Part shown: positions 23,710 to 32,000 of the stretch, one piece after another
How the letters are laid out: each line of letters opens with the position of its first letter
How positions within the stretch are numbered: the first letter of the stretch is position 1
DNA from: Rhodobacter capsulatus SB 1003
Lineage (GTDB): Bacteria > Pseudomonadota > Alphaproteobacteria > Rhodobacterales > Rhodobacteraceae
NCBI RefSeq assembly: GCF_000021865.1
Contig: NC_014034.1
Location: forward strand, 630,001-662,000
DNA length: 32,000 nucleotides
Reading direction: 5' to 3'
Position numbers and translations under genes: made by a program
The notes under the pieces: generated by a model
Database searches by the model: none
What the model saw: the letters and a program-made list of their open reading frames with translations, nothing else
Told to the model about the DNA's origin: nothing

Positions 23710-24180
23710 ATGCAGCGCATCACCATCACCATCGAAGACGATCTTCTGGCCGCGCTTGACGGGTTCATGGCGCGGTCCGGGGCCTCGAACCGCTCCGAGG
23801 CGCTGCGCGATCTGGTCCGCCGCGGCCTGGCCGAGGACACCCCCGAGACCGCCGAATGCGTCGGCGTGATCACCTATGCGCTTGATCCCGCGCAGCGCGA
23901 TCTGGGCCGCGTGGTGCCCGAAAGCCGCCAGCGCCATCACGACACCACGATCGCCGCGCTGTCGGTGCCGCTGGATCATCACGCCGCGGTCGAAGTGGCG
24001 GTGATGCGCGGCACGGTCGGCTCGGTGCAGGCCTATGCCAATTCGCTGTTTCTGCAACGCGGCGTGCTGCACGGACAGACCGCGCTGATCCCGGTCAAGA
24101 CCGAGATCGAGTTCCATCTGCACGGCACCCGCGCCCATACCCATGAACATCTGCGCGTGCAGGAGCGCTGGAAGCCCTGA
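23710..24180 (+). CDS. nikR: NikR-family ribbon-helix-helix regulator (non-canonical metal site)
   Basis: AGGAGGG lies 5 nt before ATG 23710. MQRITITIEDDLLAALDGFMARSGASNRSEALRDLVRRGL is close to the E. coli NikR N-terminus. The C-terminal domain aligns without gaps to E. coli NikR, but the Ni-ligand columns are substituted (see findings). Confidence 0.85.
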   Translation: MQRITITIEDDLLAALDGFMARSGASNRSEALRDLVRRGLAEDTPETAECVGVITYALDPAQRDLGRVVPESRQRHHDTTIAALSVPLDHHAAVEVAVMRGTVGSVQAYANSLFLQRGVLHGQTALIPVKTEIEFHLHGTRAHTHEHLRVQERWKP

Positions 24181-24183
24181 GCC

Positions 24184-24630
24184 TCAGCGGCCGATCTTGC
24201 GCAGCACGCGTTCGAGCGCATCCAGAAACCGGGTCCGGTCGGCCTTGGTGAAGCCGCCGCCGCGGCCCTGCAGGAACGGATCGGCGGCGCGCAGATCGGC
24301 CATCAGATCGCGGGTGGCGAGCACATTGCCGATATTGTCCGCCGTCAGCGGCTCGCCGGTCGGGCGCAGCACCTGCGCCCCCGCCGCGACGCATTTCGCC
24401 GCCAGCGGAATGTCCGAGGTCACCACGACATCCCCCGGCCCGGCCCGTTCGGCGATCCATTTGTCGGCCTCGTCCGGGCCCTGCGCCACGATCACCGTCT
24501 CGATCAGCGGATGGGGCGAGGGCCGGATCCCGCCATTCGACACCACCACCATCCGGGTGCCATGCCTGGTGCCGACCCGCTCGATCTCGGCCTTCACCGG
24601 GCAGGCGTCGGCATCCACATAGATCGTCAT
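24184..24630 (-). CDS. YaiI/YqxD family protein (DUF188, UPF0178)
   Basis: The product is [19 protein letters not shown]...[10 protein letters not shown].... ATG 24630 overlaps the tetR stop (ATGA). Confidence 0.85.
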   Translation of the reverse strand: MTIYVDADACPVKAEIERVGTRHGTRMVVVSNGGIRPSPHPLIETVIVAQGPDEADKWIAERAGPGDVVVTSDIPLAAKCVAAGAQVLRPTGEPLTADNIGNVLATRDLMADLRAADPFLQGRGGGFTKADRTRFLDALERVLRKIGR

Positions 24631-25286
24631 GCCCCGGTTCCTTCCGCGGCGGGTTTGCGCCGCATCGAGTCGATCAGATGGCGCACCAGCTTCGAGCCGG
24701 TCGCATGCAGCGGAAAGGCCCGCCCCGAGCGGTGCCATTCGCCGATCAGCCCGTTGAACATCACCATCTGCGCCACCGCCGCCTCCTGCGGGGTCAGCGC
24801 ATCGCTCAAAGAGCCCTCGGCATGGGCGCGTTCCATCAGCCGCAGCAGAAGCCGGTAGATTTCCGCATTCTTCGATTCGCGCCATTGCTCGGTGCCGTCG
24901 TTCGGCGTGCCCGAGATCAGAATCAGATGCAGCCGCTGCTGCACCGGATCGGATTCGATCGTCTGCAGATATTCCGCCCCGGTGACTTCCAGCACGTCCA
25001 GCGGATCATCGGGCAATTCGCCCGCCGCGGCGGTTTCGATCCGGCACAGCTGCGGGTCTTCGTAACGTTCGTAGATCCCGCTCAGGACATCGTTCTTGTC
25101 CTTGAAATGCCAATAGATTGCGCCCCGCGTCGCCCCCGCCTCGCGGGCGATCTGCTCCAGCGTCGTCTGCGCGATGCCGCGCGTGCAGAACAGCCGTTCC
25201 GCAGCGTCAAGAATGTTCTGTCGCGTCTGTTCCGCATCCGCCTTGCTGCGCCGCATCCGTGCCGTCTCCCCGATGGGCCCGCCCAT
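24627..25286 (-). CDS. TetR/AcrR-family transcriptional repressor
   Basis: The HTH region is [44 protein letters not shown]. The start is ATG 25286 or ATG 25256 ([10 protein letters not shown]...). The remaining 470 upstream codons of the track ORF are antisense to the OMF gene. Confidence 0.88.
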   Translation of the reverse strand: MGGPIGETARMRRSKADAEQTRQNILDAAERLFCTRGIAQTTLEQIAREAGATRGAIYWHFKDKNDVLSGIYERYEDPQLCRIETAAAGELPDDPLDVLEVTGAEYLQTIESDPVQQRLHLILISGTPNDGTEQWRESKNAEIYRLLLRLMERAHAEGSLSDALTPQEAAVAQMVMFNGLIGEWHRSGRAFPLHATGSKLVRHLIDSMRRKPAAEGTGA

Positions 25287-25344
25287 CGCTCCTGCCGCCT
25301 TCTTTCGCCTTGGGCGATCCCGGTCAAGCCTTGCATCTGCCCTC

Positions 25345-25372
25345 TTTACAAACATACGCGCATGTATGTAAA
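25345..25372. promoter_or_regulatory. 28-bp imperfect palindrome, probable TetR operator overlapping divergent promoters
   Basis: TTTACAAACATACGCGCATGTATGTAAA is self-complementary at 24 of 28 positions. It is the AT-richest stretch of the 135-bp tetR/OMF intergenic region. Read on either strand it gives TTTACA, a 17-nt spacer, then GTAAA(T/G). Confidence 0.6.
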
Positions 25373-25421
25373 TCCGCAAGAAGCGGTCCGGTCGGTCGGG
25401 CCGGAACGGGAAGGACAGGGC

Positions 25422-26774
25422 ATGGTGCGGATCGGGCGGCGGGGATTTCTTCTGGGGGCGACGGCGGCGCTGGCGGGCTGCGCGCAGGTCGATTACGCGG
25501 CCCCCGCGGCCAAGGTTCCGGCCACTTTCGAGGCGGCGGCGCCGGGGCGGGCGGCCGCGGGGCCGTGGTGGTCGGCCTTCCGCGATCCGACGCTCGATCA
25601 GCTGATCGCGGCGGGGCGGGCGCGCAACCTTGATGTGCTGCAGGCCATCGCCGCGATCGAGGAAGCCCGGGCCAGCGTCTCGGGCGCGGGCGCGGCGGAT
25701 CTGCCGCAGGTCTCGGGCACGCTGAAGGACACGCGCGGCAACACCTCCGGCACCGGCATCGCCGAGTCGCGCTCGGGGGCGCTTGCGGTGGGCTGGACGG
25801 CGGATCTGTTCGGGGCGAACCGGGCCAATCGTGCCGCGGCCTCGGCGCGGCTGGATGCGGCCTATGCCTCGGCCGATGTGGCGCGGCTGGTGATGGAGGG
25901 CGCCATCGCCCAGGCCTATGCAGAGCTGCGCTATCAGCAGGCCTCGATCGCGCTGACGCGCAAATCCCTGGAAAGCCGTCGCAAAAGTCTGGAACTGACG
26001 CGGGCGCAGGTGGAAAGCGGCACGGCGGGGCGGCTTGAACTGCTGCAGGCGGAACAGCTGGTGGCCGAGGGCGAGGCGCAGCTGCCGGGCTACGAGACCG
26101 CTTTCGATCAGGCGCTGGTGACGCTTGCGACGCTGACCGCACAGCCGGTCTCGGCGCTGCGCCCGCAGCTGAGCCGGGGGGCGGGCCAGCCGCGGCCGCG
26201 TTTCAAGGCCAGCGTCGGCGTGCCCGCCGATGTGCTGCGCACCCGGCCCGACGTGCGTCTGGCCGAGCGCAACTATGCCGCCGCGGTCTATGATATCGGC
26301 GTCGCCAAGGCGGCCTTCTACCCTTCGGTCACGCTCTCGGGCTCGGTCACGCCGACGCATGTGCGCGACGCCAACACCATTCGCTATTGGGCGGTCGGCC
26401 CCTCGCTCAATCTGCCGATCTTCACCGGCGGCGCCAATCAGGCGAACCTGCGCGGCGCCGAGGCGCGGGCGGTGCAGGCGAAACTGGCCTGGGAAAAGGC
26501 CGTGCTGACCGCGATCGACGAGGTCGAAAGCGCGCTGGCCGCCTATAACCGCGATGGCCGCAACATCGCCGCGCAGACGCATCTGGTCGCGACCAGCGCC
26601 GAAACGCTGGAGCTTTCGCGCACCAATTATTCCTTGGGCGAGGGCGATTTCATGACTGTCCTCGATGCCGAACGCAGCTATCTTTCGGCGCAGCAAAGCG
26701 CTGCCGCCGCCGAATGGAGCCGCGCCGCCGACTTCATCACCCTCAGCATCGCCGCCGCGGGCGGCCTGCGTTGA
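25422..26774 (+). CDS. RND efflux outer-membrane factor lipoprotein (NodT/OprM family)
   Basis: GAAGGA lies upstream of ATG 25422. The lipobox is LGATAALAGC|A. Motifs include PWWSAFRDPTLDQLI and two OEP-type repeats. Confidence 0.88.
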   Translation: MVRIGRRGFLLGATAALAGCAQVDYAAPAAKVPATFEAAAPGRAAAGPWWSAFRDPTLDQLIAAGRARNLDVLQAIAAIEEARASVSGAGAADLPQVSGTLKDTRGNTSGTGIAESRSGALAVGWTADLFGANRANRAAASARLDAAYASADVARLVMEGAIAQAYAELRYQQASIALTRKSLESRRKSLELTRAQVESGTAGRLELLQAEQLVAEGEAQLPGYETAFDQALVTLATLTAQPVSALRPQLSRGAGQPRPRFKASVGVPADVLRTRPDVRLAERNYAAAVYDIGVAKAAFYPSVTLSGSVTPTHVRDANTIRYWAVGPSLNLPIFTGGANQANLRGAEARAVQAKLAWEKAVLTAIDEVESALAAYNRDGRNIAAQTHLVATSAETLELSRTNYSLGEGDFMTVLDAERSYLSAQQSAAAAEWSRAADFITLSIAAAGGLR

Positions 26775-26800
26775 CCCCTCTTGCTTCAGACAGGTTTGCC

Positions 26801-27901
26801 ATGTCGTTTCCGAAATCCCTTGGGCTTTTGCTGCTGCTTCTGCCCATGCCCGTCCTTGCGCAGCAGGCGCAGGGCCCGGCCCCCGTCACCACCGTCATCG
26901 CCCATGCGCAGGATCTGACGCTGAACGCCCGTCTGCCCGGCCGGATCAAGGCCTCGACCGAGGCGGAGGTGCGCCCGCAGGTCTCGGGCATCCTGCGCGG
27001 GCGGTTGTTCGAGGAGGGTTCGGTCGTGACCGAGGGCCAGCCGCTCTACAAGATCGAGGACGAAAGCTATCAGGCCGCGGTGGCGGCGGCGCAGGCCGCG
27101 GTGGCGCAGGCGAAAGCCTCGCGCGATCTGGCGGTTCTGGAAGAAAAACGCGCGGTCGAGCTTTTCGCCTCGCGGGCGGGCTCGGCGCAGAACCGCGATT
27201 CCGCGGTGGCGACGCGGGCGGCGGCCGATGCGGCGGTGCAGGCGGCCGAGGCGCAGCTGAAAAGCGCCACGATCGAGCTCGATCGCACCACGATCCGCGC
27301 CCCCATCGCCGGGGTGATCGGTCTGACCCAGGCGACGCCCGGCGCGCTGGTCGCGGCGCAGCAGGCCAGCCCCTTGGCGACGATCCGGGCGCTGGATCCG
27401 GTGCATGTCGACGTGACGCAATCGGCGACCGACATCCTGCGCCTGACCTCGACCGCCGAGGGCCGGGCGATGCGGGCCCTGGGCGAGGCCGGGCTGATCC
27501 TGGCCGATGGCACGGCCTATCCGATCAAGGGCAGGCTTGAAGCCGCCGAGCCGCGGGTGGAACCCACGACCGGCATGGTTACCTTGCGGATGAGCTTTCC
27601 GAACCCCGATCACATCCTTCTGCCCGGGATGTATGTCGAGGTGGACCTGCCGCAGGCGCTGGCGCGGGGCGCCTTTGCGCTGCCGCAAAATGTGGTGATG
27701 CGCGAGCCCTCGGGCGGGGCCTATGTCTGGGTCGTCGAAGACGGCAAGGTGGCGCAAAAGCCGGTCACTGTGGCGACGGCGCGGGGCTCTGACTGGATCG
27801 TGACCGGGGGGCTGAAAGACGGCGATCAGGTGATTTCCTCGGGCTTTCAGAAGACCGGACCCGGGGCGCCGGTGACCGTCGTTCCGGCGGAGGCGCAATA
27901 A
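26801..27901 (+). CDS. RND efflux periplasmic adaptor (AcrA/MexA family MFP)
   Basis: It has a signal peptide (MSFPKSLGLLLLLLPMPVLAQQ). Motifs include EVRPQVSGIL...GQPLYKIED and TTIRAPIAGVIG. Confidence 0.9.
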   Translation: MSFPKSLGLLLLLLPMPVLAQQAQGPAPVTTVIAHAQDLTLNARLPGRIKASTEAEVRPQVSGILRGRLFEEGSVVTEGQPLYKIEDESYQAAVAAAQAAVAQAKASRDLAVLEEKRAVELFASRAGSAQNRDSAVATRAAADAAVQAAEAQLKSATIELDRTTIRAPIAGVIGLTQATPGALVAAQQASPLATIRALDPVHVDVTQSATDILRLTSTAEGRAMRALGEAGLILADGTAYPIKGRLEAAEPRVEPTTGMVTLRMSFPNPDHILLPGMYVEVDLPQALARGAFALPQNVVMREPSGGAYVWVVEDGKVAQKPVTVATARGSDWIVTGGLKDGDQVISSGFQKTGPGAPVTVVPAEAQ

Positions 27902-27902
27902 C

Positions 27903-30900
27903 ATGGCGCGTTTCTTCATTGACCGGCCGATCTTCGCCTGGGTCATCGCGCTGGTGATCATGGGGGTGGGGGCGCTTGCGATCCTGCGCCTGCCGGTGTC
28001 GCAATATCCCTCGATCGCCTCGCCCGCGGTCGTCATTCAGGCGGCCTATCCGGGCGCTTCGGCGGAAACCGTCACCGATACCGTGGTGCAGGTGATCGAA
28101 AAGCAGATGACCGGCCTTGACGGGTTGCGCTATCTGAAATCCGACACCACCGCGACGGGCCGGGCCACGATCACGCTCACCTTCGCGCTCGGCACCGATC
28201 CCGACATCGCGCAGGTGCAGGTGCAAAACAAGCTGGCGCAAGCCGAGGCGAGCCTGCCCGAAGCCGTCACCCGGCAGGGCGTGACGGTCGAGAAATCGAC
28301 GACCGGCTTTTTGATGGTGGCGGCGCTGATTTCGCCCGACAAGTCCCGGTCTTCGGTCGAGCTGTCCGATTACATGAACGCCTCGATGGTCGAGAGCTTC
28401 TCGCGGCTCAAGGGCGTGGGGGCGGTCACCGTCTTCGGCTCGGAACATGCGATGCGGATCTGGCTCGATCCGGGCAAGCTCAAGGCCTATGACATGGCGC
28501 CCGCCGCGGTGATCGCCGCGGTGAAGGGGCAGAATGCGCAGATCTCGGCCGGGTCGTTCGGGGCCTTGCCCGCGCCCGAGGGGCAGATGCTGAATGCCAC
28601 GATCACCGCGCAATCGCTGCTGAAAACCCCCGCGGATTTCGAGCGTATCGTGCTGCGCGCCGATACCGATGGCGGGCTGGTCTTGCTGCGCGATGTCGCG
28701 CGGGTGGAGCTGGGCGCGGAAAGCTACGACATCAACGCCTTTTACAACGGCACCCCCTCGGCCGGGATGGCGATCCAGCTGGCTTCGGGGGCGAATGCGC
28801 TCGACACGGCGAAGCTGGTCAAGGACAAGCTGGCGGAACTGGCGCCCTATTTCCCCTCGGGGATGGAATACGTCATTCCCTATGACACGACGCCCTTTGT
28901 CACCCTCTCGATCGAGGAAGTGATCAAGACCCTGTTCGAGGCCATCGTGCTGGTCGTGCTGGTCATGCTCGTCTTCCTGCACAATCTGCGCGCGACGCTG
29001 ATCCCGACGCTGGCGGTGCCGGTGGTGCTTTTGGGCACCTTTGGCGTGATGGCGGCCTCTGGCTTTTCGATCAACACCCTGACCATGCTGGCCATGGTTC
29101 TTGCCATCGGGCTTTTGGTCGATGACGCCATCGTCGTCGTCGAAAACGTCGAGCGGATCATGGCCGAGGAACACCTTTCCCCGCGCGAGGCGACGCGGAA
29201 ATCGATGGGGGAAATCTCGGGCGCGCTGGTGGGGATTGCGCTGGTGCTCTCGGCGGTCTTCGTGCCGATGGCCTTCTTTGGCGGCTCGACCGGCGAGATC
29301 TACAAGCAATTCTCGGTCACCATCGTTTCGGCCATGGCGCTTTCGGTTCTGGTTGCGCTCGTCTTCACGCCCGCGCTTTGCGCCACGATCCTCAAACCCC
29401 ATGCCGAGGCCAAGGGCGGTTTTGCGAACTGGTTCGGCGGCCATTTCGAGACCCGCTTCGGGCGGCTGACGCGCGGCTATGGCGGCATCACCCGCTGGGT
29501 TGTCGCCAATCCGCTCAAGGGGTTGGTCGTCTATGCCTGTCTGGTGGCGGCGATGGGGGCGCTTTATCTGCGCACCCCCACCGCGTTCCTGCCCGACGAG
29601 GATCAGGGCGTGCTGATGACGCTCATTCAGACCCCCTCGGGCACCACCGCGGCGGAAACGAAAAAGGTCGTCGAACAGGTCGAGGGCTATTGGCGCGCGG
29701 CCGAGGCGGACAATGTCGAGGCGCTGTTCTCAGTCGTCGGTTTCTCTTTCGCCGGTCAGGGCCAGAACATGGCGATGATGTTCATCAAGCTGAAGGACTG
29801 GGAGGACCGGCCGGGGCCGCAAAACGGCGCACAGGCGATTGCGGGGCGGGCCTTCGGGCCGCTGATGGGCGGCATCAAGGAGGCGATCGTGATCCCGATC
29901 GTGCCGCCGCCGGTGCTGGAGCTGGGCAATTCGAACGGCTTCACCGCCTTCCTGCAGGCGCGCTCGGGCCAGAGCCACGAAGATCTGCTGAACGCCCGCA
30001 ACCAGCTTTTGGGCATGGCCGGGCAAAGCCCGAAACTGATGGCCGTGCGCCCGAACGGGGTCGAGGATGCGGCGCAGTTCCGTCTGGATATCGACTGGGC
30101 CAAGGCGGGGGCCGTGGGGCTGACCGCGGCGGATGTGGGCGATTTCCTGAACACGATCTGGTCTTCGGCCTATGTGAACGACTTCCTGCACGAAGGCCGC
30201 GTCAAGCGCGTCTATGTGCAGGGCGAGCCCTGGGCGCGCTCCACCCCGGCCGATTTCGCGCTCTGGCGGGTGCCGAATGCGAATGGCGATTTCGTCTCGC
30301 TCTCGACCTTTGCCACCGAGAAATGGGTCTACGGGCCGCAGCAGATCGTGCGCTATGACGCGCTGCCCGCGATGGAGATCCAGGGCTCGCCGGTGCCGGG
30401 CCTGTCCTCTGGGGCGGCGATGACGGAGATGGAGACGCTTGCCGCGCAATTGCCGCCCGGTTTCGCGCTGCAATGGTCGGGCCTGTCGCTGGAGGAAAAA
30501 GAGGCGGGCAACAATGCCATGGCGCTTTATGCGCTCTCGCTCGCCGCGGTCTTCCTGTGTCTGGCGGCGCTTTACGAAAGCTGGGTCATTCCGGTGGCGG
30601 TCATTCTGGCGATGCCGGTGGGCATCATCGGGGCGCTGATCGGTGCCTGGCTGGGCGGTCAGGCGAACGGGGTCTATTTCCAGGTCGGGCTGCTGACTGT
30701 TGTCGGTCTGACCGGCAAGAACGGCATCATGATCGTGGAATTTGCCCGCGACCGCATGCGGACCCTTGGCGAAGACGCGCTGACCGCCGCGGTCGAGGCC
30801 GCCCGGCTGCGCTTCCGTCCGATCCTGATGACTTCGCTCGCCTTCACCCTGGGCGTCGTGCCGCTGATCCTGTCGACCGGCGCGGGCGCGGGGGCGCGCG

Positions 30901-31028
30901 AGGCGATCGGCTACACCACGCTCTTCGGCACGCTGACGGGGACGGGGCTGGCGATCTTCTTCGTGCCGCTCTTCTTCCGGCTGACGAACGCGATGTTCAC
31001 GCGGCGCAAGAGCCCGGCCGCCGCCTGA
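27903..31028 (+). CDS. RND (HAE1, AcrB/MexB-type) inner-membrane efflux pump
   Basis: 1041 aa. The N-terminus is MARFFIDRPIFAWVIALVIMGVGALAI. Motifs include AIGLLVDDAIVVVENVER and GLTGKNGIMIVEFA. It starts 1 nt after the MFP stop. Confidence 0.95.
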   Translation: MARFFIDRPIFAWVIALVIMGVGALAILRLPVSQYPSIASPAVVIQAAYPGASAETVTDTVVQVIEKQMTGLDGLRYLKSDTTATGRATITLTFALGTDPDIAQVQVQNKLAQAEASLPEAVTRQGVTVEKSTTGFLMVAALISPDKSRSSVELSDYMNASMVESFSRLKGVGAVTVFGSEHAMRIWLDPGKLKAYDMAPAAVIAAVKGQNAQISAGSFGALPAPEGQMLNATITAQSLLKTPADFERIVLRADTDGGLVLLRDVARVELGAESYDINAFYNGTPSAGMAIQLASGANALDTAKLVKDKLAELAPYFPSGMEYVIPYDTTPFVTLSIEEVIKTLFEAIVLVVLVMLVFLHNLRATLIPTLAVPVVLLGTFGVMAASGFSINTLTMLAMVLAIGLLVDDAIVVVENVERIMAEEHLSPREATRKSMGEISGALVGIALVLSAVFVPMAFFGGSTGEIYKQFSVTIVSAMALSVLVALVFTPALCATILKPHAEAKGGFANWFGGHFETRFGRLTRGYGGITRWVVANPLKGLVVYACLVAAMGALYLRTPTAFLPDEDQGVLMTLIQTPSGTTAAETKKVVEQVEGYWRAAEADNVEALFSVVGFSFAGQGQNMAMMFIKLKDWEDRPGPQNGAQAIAGRAFGPLMGGIKEAIVIPIVPPPVLELGNSNGFTAFLQARSGQSHEDLLNARNQLLGMAGQSPKLMAVRPNGVEDAAQFRLDIDWAKAGAVGLTAADVGDFLNTIWSSAYVNDFLHEGRVKRVYVQGEPWARSTPADFALWRVPNANGDFVSLSTFATEKWVYGPQQIVRYDALPAMEIQGSPVPGLSSGAAMTEMETLAAQLPPGFALQWSGLSLEEKEAGNNAMALYALSLAAVFLCLAALYESWVIPVAVILAMPVGIIGALIGAWLGGQANGVYFQVGLLTVVGLTGKNGIMIVEFARDRMRTLGEDALTAAVEAARLRFRPILMTSLAFTLGVVPLILSTGAGAGAREAIGYTTLFGTLTGTGLAIFFVPLFFRLTNAMFTRRKSPAAA

Positions 31029-31036
31029 ACATGGCC

Positions 31037-31062
31037 GGCAGGGGCGTTCCGGCGCCCCTGCC
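31037..31062 (+). terminator. Stem-loop downstream of the RND gene
   Basis: GGCAGGGGCG (31037-31046) pairs with CGCCCCTGCC (31053-31062) around a 6-nt loop. Only a weak T-containing tract (GGTTCTTCC) follows. Confidence 0.45.
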
Positions 31063-31179
31063 ACCGCCGGTTCTTCCGGGCGCAAATCGCCCGCCCCGCC
31101 CGTCCGGCGGCATTGTGCGCTTGACGCCGCCCCGCCACAGGTGAACCCTACGGTTCAGAGTCGTTTCGGAGTTGAAGTC

Positions 31180-32000
31180 ATGTCCTTGCCCGCCGCCTGC
31201 CGCCTCTCTCTTGCGCTGTTTCTGGCCCTTGGCCTTCCCGCGCAGGCGCAATCGCCCTTTGCCGGGCTTCTGGCGCGGATCGAGGGGGCGGGGGATCAGA
31301 CCGGCGTGACCGCCTCGAACGGGCGGCTGGAGGCGCAAAGCGTCGATGTCGCCGGGAAATATGCCGGGCGGCTGACCGAGGTCACGGCCGCCGAAGGGCA
31401 GATGGTCGAGGCGGGGGCAGTGCTGGCGCGGCTTGACGACCGCGATGCGCAGGCGAAATTGCTGGCGGCCGAGGCGGCGGTGCTGCAGGCCGAGGCGGCC
31501 AAGGCGGGCGCCGAAGCGGCGGTGATGCAGGCGCAAAGCGCGCTCGACGTGGCGGTGACGACCCGGACCCGCGTCACCACGCTGCATGCCGAGGGCCATG
31601 CGGCGCAGGCGGTTTTGGACGATGCGGTGAACGGGGCAACGGCGGCGGCGGCCTCGCTCGCCTCGGCGCGGGCGCAGGTGCAAAACGCCACCGCGCTGAT
31701 CGCCGCGGCCGAGGCCAGCCGCGAACAGGCGAAGATCGCGCTGGAAGATCTGGTGATCCGCGCGCCGATCCGCGGCCGGGTGCTCTACCGGCTGCACGAG
31801 CCGGGCGAGGTGATCGCGGCGGGCACGCCCGTGGTGACGCTGCTCGATCTGACCGATGTTTACATGGTGCTCTATCTGCCCGCGTCTGTCGTGGGGACCT
31901 TGGCGCTGAATGACGAGGCGCGGCTGGTTCTGGACCCGGTGCCGCAATATGTGGTGCCCGCGCGGGTCAGTTTCGTTGCGCCCCAAGCGCAATTCACCCC
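31180..32000 (+). CDS. HlyD/YbhG-type membrane-fusion (secretion adaptor) protein, 5' part running off the 3' edge
   Basis: It is not in the ORF track because no stop occurs in the window. I translated it by hand from ATG 31180 (GGAG 8 nt upstream). The product is MSLPAACRLSLALFLALGLPAQAQ...NGRLEAQSVDVAGKYAGRLTEVTAAEGQMVEAGAVLARLDD...LVIRAPIRGRVLY... Confidence 0.8.
   Translation, partial: MSLPAACRLSLALFLALGLPAQAQSPFAGLLARIEGAGDQTGVTASNGRLEAQSVDVAGKYAGRLTEVTAAEGQMVEAGAVLARLDDRDAQAKLLAAEAAVLQAEAAKAGAEAAVMQAQSALDVAVTTRTRVTTLHAEGHAAQAVLDDAVNGATAAAASLASARAQVQNATALIAAAEASREQAKIALEDLVIRAPIRGRVLYRLHEPGEVIAAGTPVVTLLDLTDVYMVLYLPASVVGTLALNDEARLVLDPVPQYVVPARVSFVAPQAQFT

Noticed and set aside
25287-26696. 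N-terminal 470 codons of the 689-aa minus ORF containing tetR, and + ORF 24678..25421 upstream of the OMF start.
   Set aside because: These are antisense or out-of-frame extensions across the neighbouring real genes. The TetR HTH and the OMF lipobox define the true starts.
27765-31085. Antisense ORFs 27765..29444 (559 aa) and 29730..31085 (451 aa).
   Set aside because: They run opposite the AcrB-type RND gene, and their translations are Arg/Gly/His/Asp-rich artefacts.

Overview
High-GC, densely coding chromosomal window that looks alphaproteobacterial (Rhodobacteraceae-like; the anfK-anfO-anf2-anf3 order recalls Rhodobacter capsulatus, which is inference only). I found no rRNA or tRNA genes, CRISPR arrays, transposases or integrases, and no recognisable defence island. 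Gene order, left to right: the 3' tail of an Fe-only nitrogenase operon (anfK 3' end, anfO, a GGCT-like gene, anf3). A Hyi-like TIM-barrel gene and a DUF1285 gene (-) are divergent from a translationally coupled four-gene module: MoxR AAA+, DUF58, BatA_N/DUF4159, and a vWA/GATase-like membrane protein. M20D amidohydrolase and DUF1489 (-) are divergent from the class II ribonucleotide reductase nrdJ. A roughly 430-bp AT-richer unassigned spacer follows. mntH (-) and mntR (+) flank a palindromic operator. Next come an alpha/beta-hydrolase fused to a polytopic membrane domain and a TerC-family gene (-), then kup, a small lipoprotein, cspA and two small ORFs. A NikR-family regulator lacks the canonical Ni ligands. 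YaiI/DUF188 and TetR (-) are divergent from an OMF-MFP-RND efflux operon, followed by the 5' part of a HlyD/YbhG-type adaptor that runs off the window and is absent from the ORF track. Many long ORFs in the track are alternative-frame or antisense artefacts of high GC. The candidates most worth follow-up are the uncharacterised MoxR module, the ligand-less NikR paralogue, the TerC/hydrolase pair beside the Mn regulon with a structured leader that does not resemble yybP-ykoY, the GGCT-like gene inside the anf accessory cluster, and the AT-rich nrdJ/mntH spacer. All family assignments come from motif recognition by eye, not from searches.
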